A program made the position numbers and the translations under genes. Source: Trueperaceae bacterium (GTDB taxonomy: Bacteria; Deinococcota; Deinococci; Deinococcales; Trueperaceae). Taken from it: a stretch of 64,000 bases of DNA. Position 1 is the first letter of the stretch, and each line of letters begins with the position of its first letter. Below, in pieces: positions 29,878 to 40,372 of the stretch. Below the pieces are notes generated by a model. The model worked only from the letters and a program-made list of their open reading frames with translations, searched no databases and was not told the DNA's origin. The stretch lies in NCBI GenBank assembly GCA_034521815.1, contig JAXHLW010000013.1, forward strand, positions 672,001-736,000, read 5' to 3'.

Positions 29878-31016
29878 GCCGCCACCCCCAGGAGCTCCCG
29901 GCACGACGCCGCGACCGTGGCGGCGGCGGCCGGACGTCCCATGCGCAGCGAGGCCGAGCGCATCGAGGCACGACGCTCCGGATCGCTCAGCACCCGCACG
30001 ACCTTGTGGCCGAACGTGGTCAGCGGCTCGATGCGCACGCCAGCGCCGTGCTCCAGCAGGTACGTCGCGTTCGCTTCCTCCTGCAGGGGGTAGGGCTGGA
30101 TCACCGCGAACGGCAGGCCGACCGCCAACGCCTCGCTGACCGTCAGGCCGCCGGGCTTGCCGGCGATCATGTCCGCCGCCGTCATCAGCGCCGGCACCTC
30201 GGTCGTGAAGCCCATCGGCCGGATGCGCACCAGGCCCTCGCGCGACTCCGACGCCCGGGTGGCCGCGTCCAGCAGCTCGGGGCTGCGTCCGCACACCACG
30301 ATCGCGGTCAGCGGCCAGCGCACCGACGAGAGCTCCTCGAGCAGCGTCGAGAGCGTTCGCCGGTCCATCCCGCCCGCCATCAGCAGCAGCAGGTCGCGGT
30401 CCGGCGGAACGTCCAGCGCTGCGCGAACCGTGGTCCGGTCGGGCGGCCGCGTGAAGCGCTTGTCGATCGGAATGCCCGTCACGTCGATTCGGCCTGCGTC
30501 CACGCCGCTGGCGCGGAGGTGCACCGCGACCTCTTCGGCGGCGACGAAGTAGCGCTCGATGCCCCTCTGGATCCAGAGGGCGTGCGCGCCGAAGTCGGTG
30601 ACGATGACCGCCTGGCGCGGGAGCGATGGACGACGCGTCGAAGAGAGGATCTCGGGCGGCAGGAAGTGGGTATGGACGATCAGATCGGGCCGGTACGAGG
30701 CGAGCACGCCTGGGAGCTGGTAGGAGACGAGACGCGACAGTCGGGCGCGCACGCGCCTGGCGCGGCTGGGCACCTCGCCCGGACTGCGGTCGAGTCGCTT
30801 CCCGAGCCAGTCCACGAAGTCGGGCGCGCTCCGCACCAGCTCGAAGTAGCTGCGGCGGTACAGACGCCGGAACGGCGCCGAGGTGTAGTCGAGCAGGTCG
30901 ACGTGGAGGCACGGATCGCCGCTGGCGCCGAACGCCGCCTCCAACGCCCGGCCGGCCGCGACGTGACCGCCACCGATCGACGCGGACAGGATCAGGACCC
31001 GGGGTCGGATGGACAC
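29874..31016 (-). CDS. GT28 / MGDG-synthase (UgtP-like) glycosyltransferase
   Basis: SASIGGGH, HTHF, VTDFGAHALW, GKPGGLTVSEA, QEEAN. Confidence 0.92.
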   Translation of the reverse strand: MSIRPRVLILSASIGGGHVAAGRALEAAFGASGDPCLHVDLLDYTSAPFRRLYRRSYFELVRSAPDFVDWLGKRLDRSPGEVPSRARRVRARLSRLVSYQLPGVLASYRPDLIVHTHFLPPEILSSTRRPSLPRQAVIVTDFGAHALWIQRGIERYFVAAEEVAVHLRASGVDAGRIDVTGIPIDKRFTRPPDRTTVRAALDVPPDRDLLLLMAGGMDRRTLSTLLEELSSVRWPLTAIVVCGRSPELLDAATRASESREGLVRIRPMGFTTEVPALMTAADMIAGKPGGLTVSEALAVGLPFAVIQPYPLQEEANATYLLEHGAGVRIEPLTTFGHKVVRVLSDPERRASMRSASLRMGRPAAAATVAASCRELLGVAA

Positions 31017-31078
31017 GCGCCAGAGTCTAGCAACTGGTCCTCACGGCGGCTCACCCGGCGGTGCTACCGTGGTGCGCG

Positions 31079-32218
31079 ATGCGCACCCACCTGCTCGCCC
31101 CCCTGCTCCTGGCCGTCCTGCTGGCCGCGTGCGCGCCGGTCGGAAGCCGGGAGCTCCACGAGGTCGTCCTGATCGATTCAGAAGGCGCGACCCGCCTTCG
31201 CTACGTGTACGGCAGTGCGGACACGCTTCCCCTCGACGGCCGCGACCTCGAGCTCGGTCGAACGGCGGGCGACGCCGCCGACGCCGCCGCGTTCGGCGTC
31301 CCCGGCGCGCGGCTCGTGGACGGAGCCCCGCTTCTCCGCGACTCGCTCCCCGCCGACTCGCTCCCCGCCGCGGTCGAGCCGCCCCTGCGCGTGGCGCGGA
31401 TTCCGCTCACCACCGATCTCCGGGTGGTGACCACCCGGGCGATCCCGCGCTCGTTCTACTTCGACGGGCAGCGTTGGTTCGAGCTCCCGCGCGACCTGAG
31501 CGCCGGGGTGACGGTCACCGCCGTCCCACGTCCGGTCGGTACCCCGCTCCGCGGCACGTCCTCGCTCACCCCGGCCGAGGCGGACGCCGTGGCCGCGGGC
31601 CTCGCCGAAGAGGGTCGCCCCCTGGTGGTCGCCGCGCTCGCCGGCGATGCGGCGGACGGCGAGGCCGGAGAGGCGGCGTCGACCGGGATCGGCCCGCGCC
31701 CTCCGGGCGGCTTGGACGAGTACCGCTACAGCGCCTACTGGGTGCAACGCGCGGTCACGACCGACCCGGACGCGTACCGCGCGCCCGCACGCCGGACGGT
31801 CTACGAGGTGATCGCGCGGGGCGACCAGGGTGTCGACCCGGGTCGTGACCGGTTCGTGCTGATCGACGACGCGGACGAGCTGCGATCGTTCTGGAACGCG
31901 GTCCAGGCGGCGTCGTTCCGGCCGGACGCCGTCCCCGAGGCCGACTTCGGTCGAGAGACCGTGCTGGGCGTGCGACTCTCGCAGCGCCCCAGCGGCGGCT
32001 ACCGAATCGAGATCGTCGACGTTCACGAGGAGGGTGGCGAGCTGTTCGTCGACGTGCGGCTGGTCGAGCCCGCTGCGGACGCGCTGGCCACGACCGTGGT
32101 GACCACGCCGTGGATCCTCGTTCGGGTCCTGGGCGTCGACGCCTCGGTCGTCTGGTTCCGCGATCCGGACGACGGTGCGCTGTTCGGTGTCGCCCGCGAC
32201 CAGGACGCCCCGTTCTGA
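31079..32218 (+). CDS. Lipoprotein with C-terminal PrcB-like domain
   Basis: Lipobox LAAC; C-terminal P..DF.RETVLGV..QRPSGGY.I.I motif. Confidence 0.72.
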   Translation: MRTHLLAPLLLAVLLAACAPVGSRELHEVVLIDSEGATRLRYVYGSADTLPLDGRDLELGRTAGDAADAAAFGVPGARLVDGAPLLRDSLPADSLPAAVEPPLRVARIPLTTDLRVVTTRAIPRSFYFDGQRWFELPRDLSAGVTVTAVPRPVGTPLRGTSSLTPAEADAVAAGLAEEGRPLVVAALAGDAADGEAGEAASTGIGPRPPGGLDEYRYSAYWVQRAVTTDPDAYRAPARRTVYEVIARGDQGVDPGRDRFVLIDDADELRSFWNAVQAASFRPDAVPEADFGRETVLGVRLSQRPSGGYRIEIVDVHEEGGELFVDVRLVEPAADALATTVVTTPWILVRVLGVDASVVWFRDPDDGALFGVARDQDAPF

Positions 32219-32264
32219 CCCTGCCGAGGGCGCTCTCAGCGCGCCAGCCGGCGGGGCCGGCTCG

Positions 32265-33413
32265 TTACGTCAGGCTGCCGGGATCGAACAGCCGGCGATG
32301 CTCGTCGCCCGCGAACCGGTCGGTGAAGCCGGCCAGGTAGTCCGTCACCGCCCGCAGCAGGCCACGCTCGTCGGCCGCGGCCTGCCAGTCGGGCGGCAGC
32401 ATCGTCGGCGTGGCCTGGTAGGCGGAATGGATGTCGGTCAGGATCCGGTCGGCCTTGCGGGTCATGCGGATCTGCCGGTGGTGCTTGTAGAGGTTCGCGT
32501 AGAGGTATCGCTTCAGCTCGGCCGCTTCGGCGGCGCCCTGCTCGCTGGCGCCCGCCAGCGCGGTGGGCGCGGCGCGCACGTCGTCCAGCGTCGCGACGCC
32601 CGCCTCGTGCAGGCGGGCGTGCGTGGCGGCGACCACGTCCTCGATGCTCCTGCCCAACAGCTCCCGGATCAGCAGGTACCGATCCTGGGGCGAGAACTCG
32701 CCCTGAGACACGCCCAGCTCGTGCAGGAGTCGCCCGACCACCGTCACCTCCGAGATCCCGGCGCGGTCCAGCAGGCCGGCACGGAGCCCGTCGTCGAGGT
32801 CGTGCGCGTTGTACGCCATCTCGTCCGCGAGGTTCACCACCTGCGCCTCGAGGCTGGGTCGCTTGTCCGGCTCCCAGGCCGCGTCAGGGACGTCGTACTC
32901 GGTCTCGTGCTTCATGATCCCCTCGAGCGTCTCCCAGCTGAGGTTCAGCCCTTCGAACCGCGGGTAGCGCCGCTCGAGCCTCGTGACGATGCGCAGGCTC
33001 TGCTTGTTGTGGTCGAACCCTCCGACCTCGGCCGCCAGCCGGTCCAGCGTCCGCTCGCCGGCGTGCCCGAACGGCGGGTGCCCGAGGTCGTGCGCCAGCG
33101 CGATCGTCTCGGCCAGGTCCTCGTTCAGGCCCAGCGCGCGGCAGACGGCCTTGGCCACCTGAGCCACCTCGAGCGTGTGGGTGAGGCGGGTCCGGTAGTG
33201 GTCGCCCTGGTAGTTCACGAACACCTGCGTCTTGTACTCGAGCCGCCGGAACGCCGTGGTGTGCACGACCCGGTCGCGGTCCTTCTGGAACGCGGTCCGG
33301 TAGCGGCTCTCGGTCTCCTCGTGGATCCGACCGCGCGATTCGTGCGCCAACGCGGCGTAGGGGGCGAGGGTCTCGCGTTCGCGGGCTTCGAGGCGTTCGC
33401 GCGTGAACAGCAT
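32265..33413 (-). CDS. dgt: Deoxyguanosinetriphosphate triphosphohydrolase
   Basis: RTAFQKDRDR, FRRLEYKTQV, RTRLTH, HDLGHPPFGH. Confidence 0.95.
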   Translation of the reverse strand: MLFTRERLEARERETLAPYAALAHESRGRIHEETESRYRTAFQKDRDRVVHTTAFRRLEYKTQVFVNYQGDHYRTRLTHTLEVAQVAKAVCRALGLNEDLAETIALAHDLGHPPFGHAGERTLDRLAAEVGGFDHNKQSLRIVTRLERRYPRFEGLNLSWETLEGIMKHETEYDVPDAAWEPDKRPSLEAQVVNLADEMAYNAHDLDDGLRAGLLDRAGISEVTVVGRLLHELGVSQGEFSPQDRYLLIRELLGRSIEDVVAATHARLHEAGVATLDDVRAAPTALAGASEQGAAEAAELKRYLYANLYKHHRQIRMTRKADRILTDIHSAYQATPTMLPPDWQAAADERGLLRAVTDYLAGFTDRFAGDEHRRLFDPGSLT

Positions 33414-33519
33414 GGTGAGGCGAGCCTACCGTGCTGGTGCTAGCCTGCGGCGCACGAAGCCGTTACGGCGCCCGAGCGCCTGACGCCGTTCAAGCGCCCG
33501 AACTGTTGGGGAGACCCGA

Positions 33520-34335
33520 ATGTCCGAACTCGCATCGCTGCTCGACCTCGCTCTCGACCTCGCCGACCGGGCGGGACGGCTCACGCTGGGGTACTTCCGC
33601 ACGGGCACCCGGCCGGAGTGGAAAGAGGACGCGACGCCCGTGACCGTCGCCGATCGCGAGGCCGAGACCCTGATCCGGCACGAGCTGGCCCGCCTGCACC
33701 CGGACCACGCCGTGGTGGGCGAGGAGTTCGGCGAGAGCGCCGGAACGGCCCCCTACCGCTGGTGGATCGACCCGATCGACGGGACGAAGGCGTTCGTACG
33801 CGGCGTGCCGCTCTACGCCGTGCTGATCGGCCTGGAGCGCGACGGCGAGATCGTGGCCGGCGTCGCGTCGTTTCCGGCGCTGGGCGAGACCGTCGCCGCG
33901 GGGCGGGGGATGGGCTGCCGCCTGAACGGTCGGCGCTGCTGGGTCTCGGGCGTCGCCGATCCGGGTCGCGCCGTCGTCGCCACCACCGATGCGGGCCGGT
34001 TCCGACAGGAGGGCCGGGCGGAGCCGTGGGCCCGCGTGCAGGAGGCGTTCTGGCTCCGGGCGGGCTGGGGCGACGCCTACGGCTACGCGCTGGTCGCGTC
34101 GGGTCGGATCGAGGCGATGATCGATCCCGTCCTGAGTCCGTGGGACGCGGGGCCGTTCCCGGTGGTGCTGTCCGAGGCGGGGGGGTTCTTCGGCGATTGG
34201 CGCGGCGAGCCGACGCTGCACGGTGGCGACGGGGTCGGCGTGAACGAGGCGCTTCGGCGTCCGCTGCTGGCGATGCTGGCTGACCAGAGCGACCAGCCTG
34301 GCGGCCGGCCTGGCGTCCAGGCCACGGAACGCTGA
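33520..34335 (+). CDS. Inositol monophosphatase family (HisN-like histidinol-phosphatase)
   Basis: TPVTVADREAE, GEE, WIDPIDGT, WD. Confidence 0.85.
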   Translation: MSELASLLDLALDLADRAGRLTLGYFRTGTRPEWKEDATPVTVADREAETLIRHELARLHPDHAVVGEEFGESAGTAPYRWWIDPIDGTKAFVRGVPLYAVLIGLERDGEIVAGVASFPALGETVAAGRGMGCRLNGRRCWVSGVADPGRAVVATTDAGRFRQEGRAEPWARVQEAFWLRAGWGDAYGYALVASGRIEAMIDPVLSPWDAGPFPVVLSEAGGFFGDWRGEPTLHGGDGVGVNEALRRPLLAMLADQSDQPGGRPGVQATER

Positions 34336-34358
34336 GCCCTGCCGGGTAGGCTGTGAGC

Positions 34359-35606
34359 GTGAGCGCCTTCGACCGTCGTCCCACCGTCAGCGTCCCCGTC
34401 GGGTCGGTCCGGATCGGCTCGGATCACCCGGTGGTGGTCCAGTCGATGACGAACACCGACACCTCCGACGTGCACGCCACCGTCCGACAGATCGCCGCCC
34501 TGCACCGGGCCGGCAGCGAGATCGTGCGCGTCACCGTGAACGACGAGGCGGCCGCCCGCGCGGTGCCGCAGGTCGTTCGGATCCTGGCCGAGCACGGACT
34601 GGACGTCCCCATCGTCGGCGACTTCCACTACAACGGCCACATCCTGCTGCGCGACGTGCCGGAGGCCGCCGAGGCGCTGGCGAAGTACCGCATCAACCCG
34701 GGCAACGTCGGTGCGGGCGCGCGGCACGACGACAACTTCCGCAGCATCGTCGAGATCGCCATCCACTATCGCAAGCCGGTCCGGATCGGCGTGAACTGGG
34801 GAAGCCTGGACCAAGCGCTGCTGACGCGGATGATGGACGCGAACGCGGAGTCGGACCGGCCGGCGGACGCGCACGAGGTGATGATGCGCGCCATGGTCGC
34901 CTCGGCGCTGGGCTCGGCCCGCATGGCCGAGGAGATCGGTCTTCCGCACGAACGAATCGTTCTGTCGGCCAAGGTGAGCCGCGTCCCCGACATGTGGGAC
35001 GTCTATCGGCGCCTGGGCGCGGCGTGCGACTACCCGCTGCACCTGGGCCTGACCGAGGCGGGGATGGGCGTCAAGGGCGCCGTGGCGTCGACGGCCGGCC
35101 TGGCGCCGTTGATCGCGGAGGGGATCGGAGACACGATCCGGGTCTCGCTCACGCCCGACCCGGGCGCCCCACGCGAGCGAGAGGTCGAGATCGCGCAGGA
35201 GGTGCTGGCGGCCCTGGGCGTGCGCAGGTTCGCGCCCTCCGTCACGGCGTGTCCAGGGTGCGGCCGGACGACCAGCACGCTGTTCCAGGAGATGGCCCGC
35301 GACATCCAGGCCTACCTCAAGGCGCAGATGCCGGCGTGGAGCGAGCGCTACCCCGGCGTCGAGCACATGAACGTCGCCGTGATGGGCTGCGTCGTGAACG
35401 GGCCGGGCGAGTCGAAGCACGCCGACATCGGGATCAGCCTGCCCGGCACCGGCGAGACGCCCCGTGCGCCGGTGTACCGCGACGGGAAGCTCGTGGGCAC
35501 GCTGCAAGGCGACGGCGCGACGATCGCGACGGCGTTCAACGCGATGGTCGAGGCGTACGTCGAGGAACGGTTCGGCCGAGCCGCCTCCCCGTCCGATTCG
35601 GGCTGA
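34359..35606 (+). CDS. ispG: (E)-4-hydroxy-3-methylbut-2-enyl-diphosphate synthase
   Basis: [39 protein letters not shown]. Confidence 0.97.
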   Translation: MSAFDRRPTVSVPVGSVRIGSDHPVVVQSMTNTDTSDVHATVRQIAALHRAGSEIVRVTVNDEAAARAVPQVVRILAEHGLDVPIVGDFHYNGHILLRDVPEAAEALAKYRINPGNVGAGARHDDNFRSIVEIAIHYRKPVRIGVNWGSLDQALLTRMMDANAESDRPADAHEVMMRAMVASALGSARMAEEIGLPHERIVLSAKVSRVPDMWDVYRRLGAACDYPLHLGLTEAGMGVKGAVASTAGLAPLIAEGIGDTIRVSLTPDPGAPREREVEIAQEVLAALGVRRFAPSVTACPGCGRTTSTLFQEMARDIQAYLKAQMPAWSERYPGVEHMNVAVMGCVVNGPGESKHADIGISLPGTGETPRAPVYRDGKLVGTLQGDGATIATAFNAMVEAYVEERFGRAASPSDSG

Positions 35607-35694
35607 TCCTCACGTTTCCGCCAACCTACCGCATGCTAGGTTGAGGTGGTGGAGCTCACGACGCCAGCGCAGAAACGCCGTCACGGACGGCCGC

Positions 35695-36603
35695 GTGACG
35701 GGCGACGGCCTCGGTCCGGCGATCGAACCGCAGCGCGCGCTTCGCGCCTGCGTCGACCTCACACGCGAGCATTCGAGCACGTTCTTCCTCGGGTCCCGGC
35801 TGTTCGGCACCGACAAGCGGCTGGCGGTCAGCGCCGTGTACGCCGCCTGCCGGACCGGCGACGACGCCGTCGACGAGGCGGACGGACCCGGCGAAGCGCG
35901 CCGTCGCCTGGCCGCATGGTGGGCGGGGCTCGAGCGGGCGTACGACGGGCGGCCCGATCCCGGCTCCAGCACCGAGGTCGCGCTGAGCTGGGTTCTGGAC
36001 CGCCACGACGTGCCGATGTCGGCGTTCCACGAGCTGCGCCTCGGTTTCGAGACCGACCTGACCGTGTCCCGCGTCCAGACCACCGACGAGCTGATGACGT
36101 ACTGCAGGCGGGTCGCGGGGGTCGTCGGGCTGATGATCGCGCCCATCGCCGGGTACGACGGCGGCGACGACACGCTGGGCGCCGCCGTCGCCCTCGGCGA
36201 GGCGATGCAGCTCACGAACATCCTTCGCGACGTCGGCGAGGACCTGCGTCGGGACCGCTGCTACCTGCCGGCCGAGCTCATGGACGCGCACGGCGTGTCG
36301 CTGGCCGACCTGCGCGAAGGGGCCGTCACCCCGGCCTACGTCGCACTGTTGGGGCATCTCGCCCAGCTGGCCGACGAGCGCTACCGCCGAGGCTGGACCG
36401 GCATTCCGAAGCTGCACGGCGCGGCCGGTCTGGCCGTGGGGGTCGCCGCCCTGAACTACGAGGCGATCCTCCGAAAGCTCAGGCAGAACCGCTACGACAA
36501 CCTCAGCAAGCGGGCCTACCTCCGGCCGTACGAGCGCGTGGCGTTGATTCCACGCGCCGCGCTCACGGTGTGGGGCGGGACGGTGTGGAGCGGGGCCTCC
36601 TGA
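35695..36603 (+). CDS. crtB: Phytoene synthase; start uncertain
   Basis: HSSTF, VYAACRTGDDAVD, YCRRVAGVVG, MQLTNILRDVGED, YLP. Confidence 0.92.
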   Translation: MTGDGLGPAIEPQRALRACVDLTREHSSTFFLGSRLFGTDKRLAVSAVYAACRTGDDAVDEADGPGEARRRLAAWWAGLERAYDGRPDPGSSTEVALSWVLDRHDVPMSAFHELRLGFETDLTVSRVQTTDELMTYCRRVAGVVGLMIAPIAGYDGGDDTLGAAVALGEAMQLTNILRDVGEDLRRDRCYLPAELMDAHGVSLADLREGAVTPAYVALLGHLAQLADERYRRGWTGIPKLHGAAGLAVGVAALNYEAILRKLRQNRYDNLSKRAYLRPYERVALIPRAALTVWGGTVWSGAS

Positions 36604-36636
36604 GCCCACCTCCGCCCCGGCGGTAGGATGCCAAGC

Positions 36637-38193
36637 GTGCCGGACTACGACGTCATCACCATCGGCTCGGGACACAACGCCCTCATCACCAGCGCGTACC
36701 TGGCCCAGGCCGGCAAGCGGGTGGGCGTGTTCGAGCGCCGCGACATCGTCGGCGGCGCGGTCTCCACCGTCGAGCAGGTGCCCGGCTACCGCTTCGACCT
36801 CGGCGGAAGCGCCCACATCCTGATTCGGCTCACCCCGATCGTCGAGGAGCTGGGTCTAGGGCGCTACGGCCTCGAGTACCTCGAGCTCGACCCGCTGTTC
36901 TTCGCACCGTTCCCCGATGGCGACCACCTGTTCATCCACCGCAGCGAGCGCAAGACCGCCGAGCATCTCGACGAGCGTTTCCCCGGCGAAGGCCAGGCGT
37001 ACCTGCGCTTCATGGACGAGTGGCGACCGTTCGCCCGGGTCGTGAAGGACCTGTTCCTGAGCACGCCGAGTCCCCTGAACCTGGGCCGCAAGATGATGTT
37101 CGGCGACGCCATCCAAGGCGACTGGAAGCGCGCTTTGCAGAGCATCCTGGCGCCGTACGGCGAGGTCGTCGATCGCTACTTCACGGAGGAGAAGGTCAAG
37201 GCTCCGCTGGTGTGGATGGCGGCCCAGTCGGGCCCGCCCCCCGGCGAGCCGATGACCAGTCCGTTCCTGCTCTGGCATCCGCTCTACCACGAGGGCGGGG
37301 TCGCCCGGCCGCGTGGCGGCTCGGGGATGCTCACCCAGGCGCTGGCCAGGCACATCGAGGACCACGGCGGGGAGGTCCACACCTCCGCGCCGGTCGACCG
37401 CATCGTCGTCGAGGGCGGCCGCGCGGTCGGCGTCGAGGTCGCCGGGCAGCGCTACACGGCGGGCACGATCGTTGCGGGCGCCCATGCGCTCGAGACCTTC
37501 GCCCGCCTGCTGCCCGAGGAGCACCGCCCCGCGGGCAGCCGCACGATGCGGGTCGGGAACGGCTTCGGCGCGATCCTGCGGCTGGCGCTCGACAAGCCGA
37601 TCCGCTACGCGGCGCACCCCGGGGACGAGGCGCGCGTCGCGCTTCAGCTCGTCGCGCGCGATCGCCGCCAGGTCGCCGCGGCGTACGGCGAGTACCTGGG
37701 CGGCGAGCCGGCCAGCGACCCGCCGATCGTCGCGATGAGCTTCAGCGCGGTGGACGACAGCTTGGCGCCTCCCGGCGGCGAGGTGCTGTGGCTGTGGGCC
37801 CAGTACTTCCCCTACGAGCTGTCGGGCGGACGAAGCTGGTCGGACGTGGAGGACGAGGTCGCAGAGCGGATCCTGGACACGTTCGAGGCGTACGCGCCCG
37901 GCACGAAGGCGTCGGTGGTGGGCTCGCTGTTCCAGCACCCCGAGTGGCTCGAGAGGGAGCTGGGGCTGTTCCGCGGCAACGTGATGCACCTCGAGATGAG
38001 CCTCGACCAGATGTTCGCGCTGCGACCGTTCCTCGGCATGGCCGAGTACCGCACGCACCTGCGCGGCTTGTACCTGACGGGCGCCAGCACCCACCCCGGT
38101 GGCGGCATCATGGGCGCCTCGGGCCGGAACGCCGCCCGCACCGTGCTCGGTGACCTGGAGCGCCGCTGGTGGAGGGGGGGACCCCGCGGGTGA
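36637..38193 (+). CDS. crtO: CrtO-type carotenoid ketolase (phytoene desaturase superfamily)
   Basis: [57 protein letters not shown], closely resembling Deinococcus CrtO as recalled; GTG 7 nt after TAGGAT. Confidence 0.8.
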   Translation: MPDYDVITIGSGHNALITSAYLAQAGKRVGVFERRDIVGGAVSTVEQVPGYRFDLGGSAHILIRLTPIVEELGLGRYGLEYLELDPLFFAPFPDGDHLFIHRSERKTAEHLDERFPGEGQAYLRFMDEWRPFARVVKDLFLSTPSPLNLGRKMMFGDAIQGDWKRALQSILAPYGEVVDRYFTEEKVKAPLVWMAAQSGPPPGEPMTSPFLLWHPLYHEGGVARPRGGSGMLTQALARHIEDHGGEVHTSAPVDRIVVEGGRAVGVEVAGQRYTAGTIVAGAHALETFARLLPEEHRPAGSRTMRVGNGFGAILRLALDKPIRYAAHPGDEARVALQLVARDRRQVAAAYGEYLGGEPASDPPIVAMSFSAVDDSLAPPGGEVLWLWAQYFPYELSGGRSWSDVEDEVAERILDTFEAYAPGTKASVVGSLFQHPEWLERELGLFRGNVMHLEMSLDQMFALRPFLGMAEYRTHLRGLYLTGASTHPGGGIMGASGRNAARTVLGDLERRWWRGGPRG

Positions 38194-39671
38194 CCTACCT
38201 GCAGTTCCACCTCGTGTTCACGCTGCCCTGGCTGGCGCTGCTGGGCGTCGCGACGTGGCGGGCGGCCCGTGCGGGACGCCCGCTGGCGGGCGACCCCGGC
38301 ATCCGCGGCCGATTCGCCCTGGCGGCGCTTCTGGTCCACATGGCGATCGCGTTCGTCTACACCACGCCGTGGGACAACTACCTGGTGGCGCGGGAGGTGT
38401 GGGGCTACCCGCCGGGCCGGGTTCTGGCCACGATCGGCTTCGTTCCGGTCGAGGAGTACGCCTTCTTCCTGATCCAGACGGCGGCGACCGGCCTGTTCCT
38501 GCTGTGGCTGCTGCGGGCACGCCCGTGGCAGCGGTACGACGGGGCGCTCCCAGGGGCGTGGATCCGCTGGGGAGGCGCCGGGATGCTGCTGATGCTGGCG
38601 GCGCTGGGGGCGACCGCGCTGGCCTGGCAGAGCGGCACCTACCTCGGCCTGATCACGGCCTGGTCGCTCCCGGTCCTGGCGCTGCAGTGGGGCTTCGGGG
38701 GCGACCTGCTGCTCAGGCGCTGGCGGCTGGTGGCCGTCGCCGTCGCGGTGCCGACCGCCTGGCTGTGGCTGGCGGACCGGATCGCGATCGGCCAGGAGAT
38801 CTGGTGGATCAGCGAGCCGCTGACGACCGGCCTGCGGCCGCTGGGCCTGCCGGTCGAGGAGGCGCTGTTCTTCCTGGTCACGAACCTGCTGGTCGTGTTC
38901 GGCATGACGATGGCCCTGGACCGCGACGCCCCCGCACGGGCGCGCGACGTGTGGCGGGCACGGCGCGAGGCGTGGCGGGTCGCGCTGCTGGCCTGGGCGG
39001 TGTCGATGGTGCCGGCGCCGCTGGTGCCCGAGGCGTTCGCGTACCTCGCCTACCTGTCCACGGGCCTGTTGACGCTGGGCATGCTGGGCTACGCGCTGCA
39101 GCGGTTCGGCAGGCGCGCCTGGATCGCGTTCGGGGTCGCGATCGCGTTCGGCGTCGCGATCGAGGCGATCGGCACGCGCACCGGCCTGCCGTTCGGCGCG
39201 TACGACTACACCGCGCCCGGACCGCGCCTGCTGGGGGTACCGCTGCTGGTCCCGCTGGGCTGGTGGTCGTTCACGCTGCTCGCGCTGGCCGCCGCCCCGC
39301 GGCGCGGCCGCCGCTGGCTGGCGCCGTTGGCGCTGGTGGCGTGGGACCTGGGCCTCGACCCCCTGATGGTCCACCTCGGCTTCTGGCGGTTCGAGAACGC
39401 GGACTGGTTCGGCGTCCCGATCAGCAACTTCGTCGGCTGGTACCTCGCGGGCCTGGTGCTCGTGGCGCTGCTGCTCCGGATCGTGCCCGAGTTGGCCGAG
39501 GACGGAGCCCCGGTACTCCGCGGCGTCTTCGCCGCGCAGGCGGCGCTGATGGGCTTGGGGCTCGCCATGTTCGGCCTGCCGCTGGCCGGCGCGGTGGCGG
39601 GGGCGGCGATGGGCGGCTACGCGCTGCTGGCCTGGCGCATCCGGATCGGGCGACGCTGGGCGACGCCGTGA
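38190..39671 (+). CDS. Fusion of two membrane lycopene cyclase domains (CrtYc/Yd-type) and a CruF-like carotenoid 1,2-hydratase
   Basis: [27 protein letters not shown]; second [14 protein letters not shown]; then [35 protein letters not shown], all in one frame. Confidence 0.82.
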   Translation: MTYLQFHLVFTLPWLALLGVATWRAARAGRPLAGDPGIRGRFALAALLVHMAIAFVYTTPWDNYLVAREVWGYPPGRVLATIGFVPVEEYAFFLIQTAATGLFLLWLLRARPWQRYDGALPGAWIRWGGAGMLLMLAALGATALAWQSGTYLGLITAWSLPVLALQWGFGGDLLLRRWRLVAVAVAVPTAWLWLADRIAIGQEIWWISEPLTTGLRPLGLPVEEALFFLVTNLLVVFGMTMALDRDAPARARDVWRARREAWRVALLAWAVSMVPAPLVPEAFAYLAYLSTGLLTLGMLGYALQRFGRRAWIAFGVAIAFGVAIEAIGTRTGLPFGAYDYTAPGPRLLGVPLLVPLGWWSFTLLALAAAPRRGRRWLAPLALVAWDLGLDPLMVHLGFWRFENADWFGVPISNFVGWYLAGLVLVALLLRIVPELAEDGAPVLRGVFAAQAALMGLGLAMFGLPLAGAVAGAAMGGYALLAWRIRIGRRWATP

Positions 39672-40372
39672 GCGAAGGTGGCCCAAGGGGAATGACCGAA
39701 CGTGTCCGGGCGCGCGGAACGGCGTGGATCCAGAGCGGGATCGCGGCGACGCTGCCGTGGCTGATCCGACGCTCGCTGCGCGGCGGGCTTTCCGGTGTCT
39801 GGGCACGGGGCGAGCTGACGGCCGTCCGGCCAGGCACCGTGCTGGCCCCGAACCACCACAGCTGGTGGGACGCCTACCTGGCGTGGCTGGTCGCGCGCAG
39901 GCTGGGCCTTCCGCTGGCGGCGCTGATGAGCGACGAGCAGCTGGCCCGCTTTCCGTTCTTCGAGGCGCACGGGGCGATTCCGCGTCGCCGCCCGCGCACG
40001 CTGGTCCGGCGGCTCGAGCTCGGCGCCGTGGGGATCGTGTTTCCAGAGGGCCGGCTGCGACCCGCCGGCCAGCCCGGCGTGCTGGACCCCGGCGCCGCCC
40101 GGCTGGCCGAGATGGCCGGCGCACCGCTCCGGCCGCTGGCCATCCGCGTCGTCTTGCGCGGCGCGCAGCACCCCGAGGCGTACCTCTCGATCGGGCCGGT
40201 CGTGGAGGGCCACGACGAGCTCGACGCCGCGCTGCGGCGCGAGCTGGCGACGCTCGACCGGGATCTGTCCGAGACCGACCCCGAGGCCGTACCGGACGGG
40301 TTCGAGATCTGGATGGCGGGCGCCCGGTCGCCCGACCGGCGTGCGCGCCGGTTCGAGCGGTGGTGGCGGTGA
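39668..40372 (+). CDS. PlsC-family acyltransferase (carotenoid glycoside acyltransferase, CruD-like)
   Basis: PNHHSWWD, FPEG motifs; coupled within carotenoid operon. Confidence 0.82.
   Translation: MSEGGPRGMTERVRARGTAWIQSGIAATLPWLIRRSLRGGLSGVWARGELTAVRPGTVLAPNHHSWWDAYLAWLVARRLGLPLAALMSDEQLARFPFFEAHGAIPRRRPRTLVRRLELGAVGIVFPEGRLRPAGQPGVLDPGAARLAEMAGAPLRPLAIRVVLRGAQHPEAYLSIGPVVEGHDELDAALRRELATLDRDLSETDPEAVPDGFEIWMAGARSPDRRARRFERWWR

Noticed and set aside
32265-33413. dGTPase as an anti-phage defence gene
   Set aside because: Housekeeping-type Dgt in a core-gene neighbourhood, with no defence-island context.
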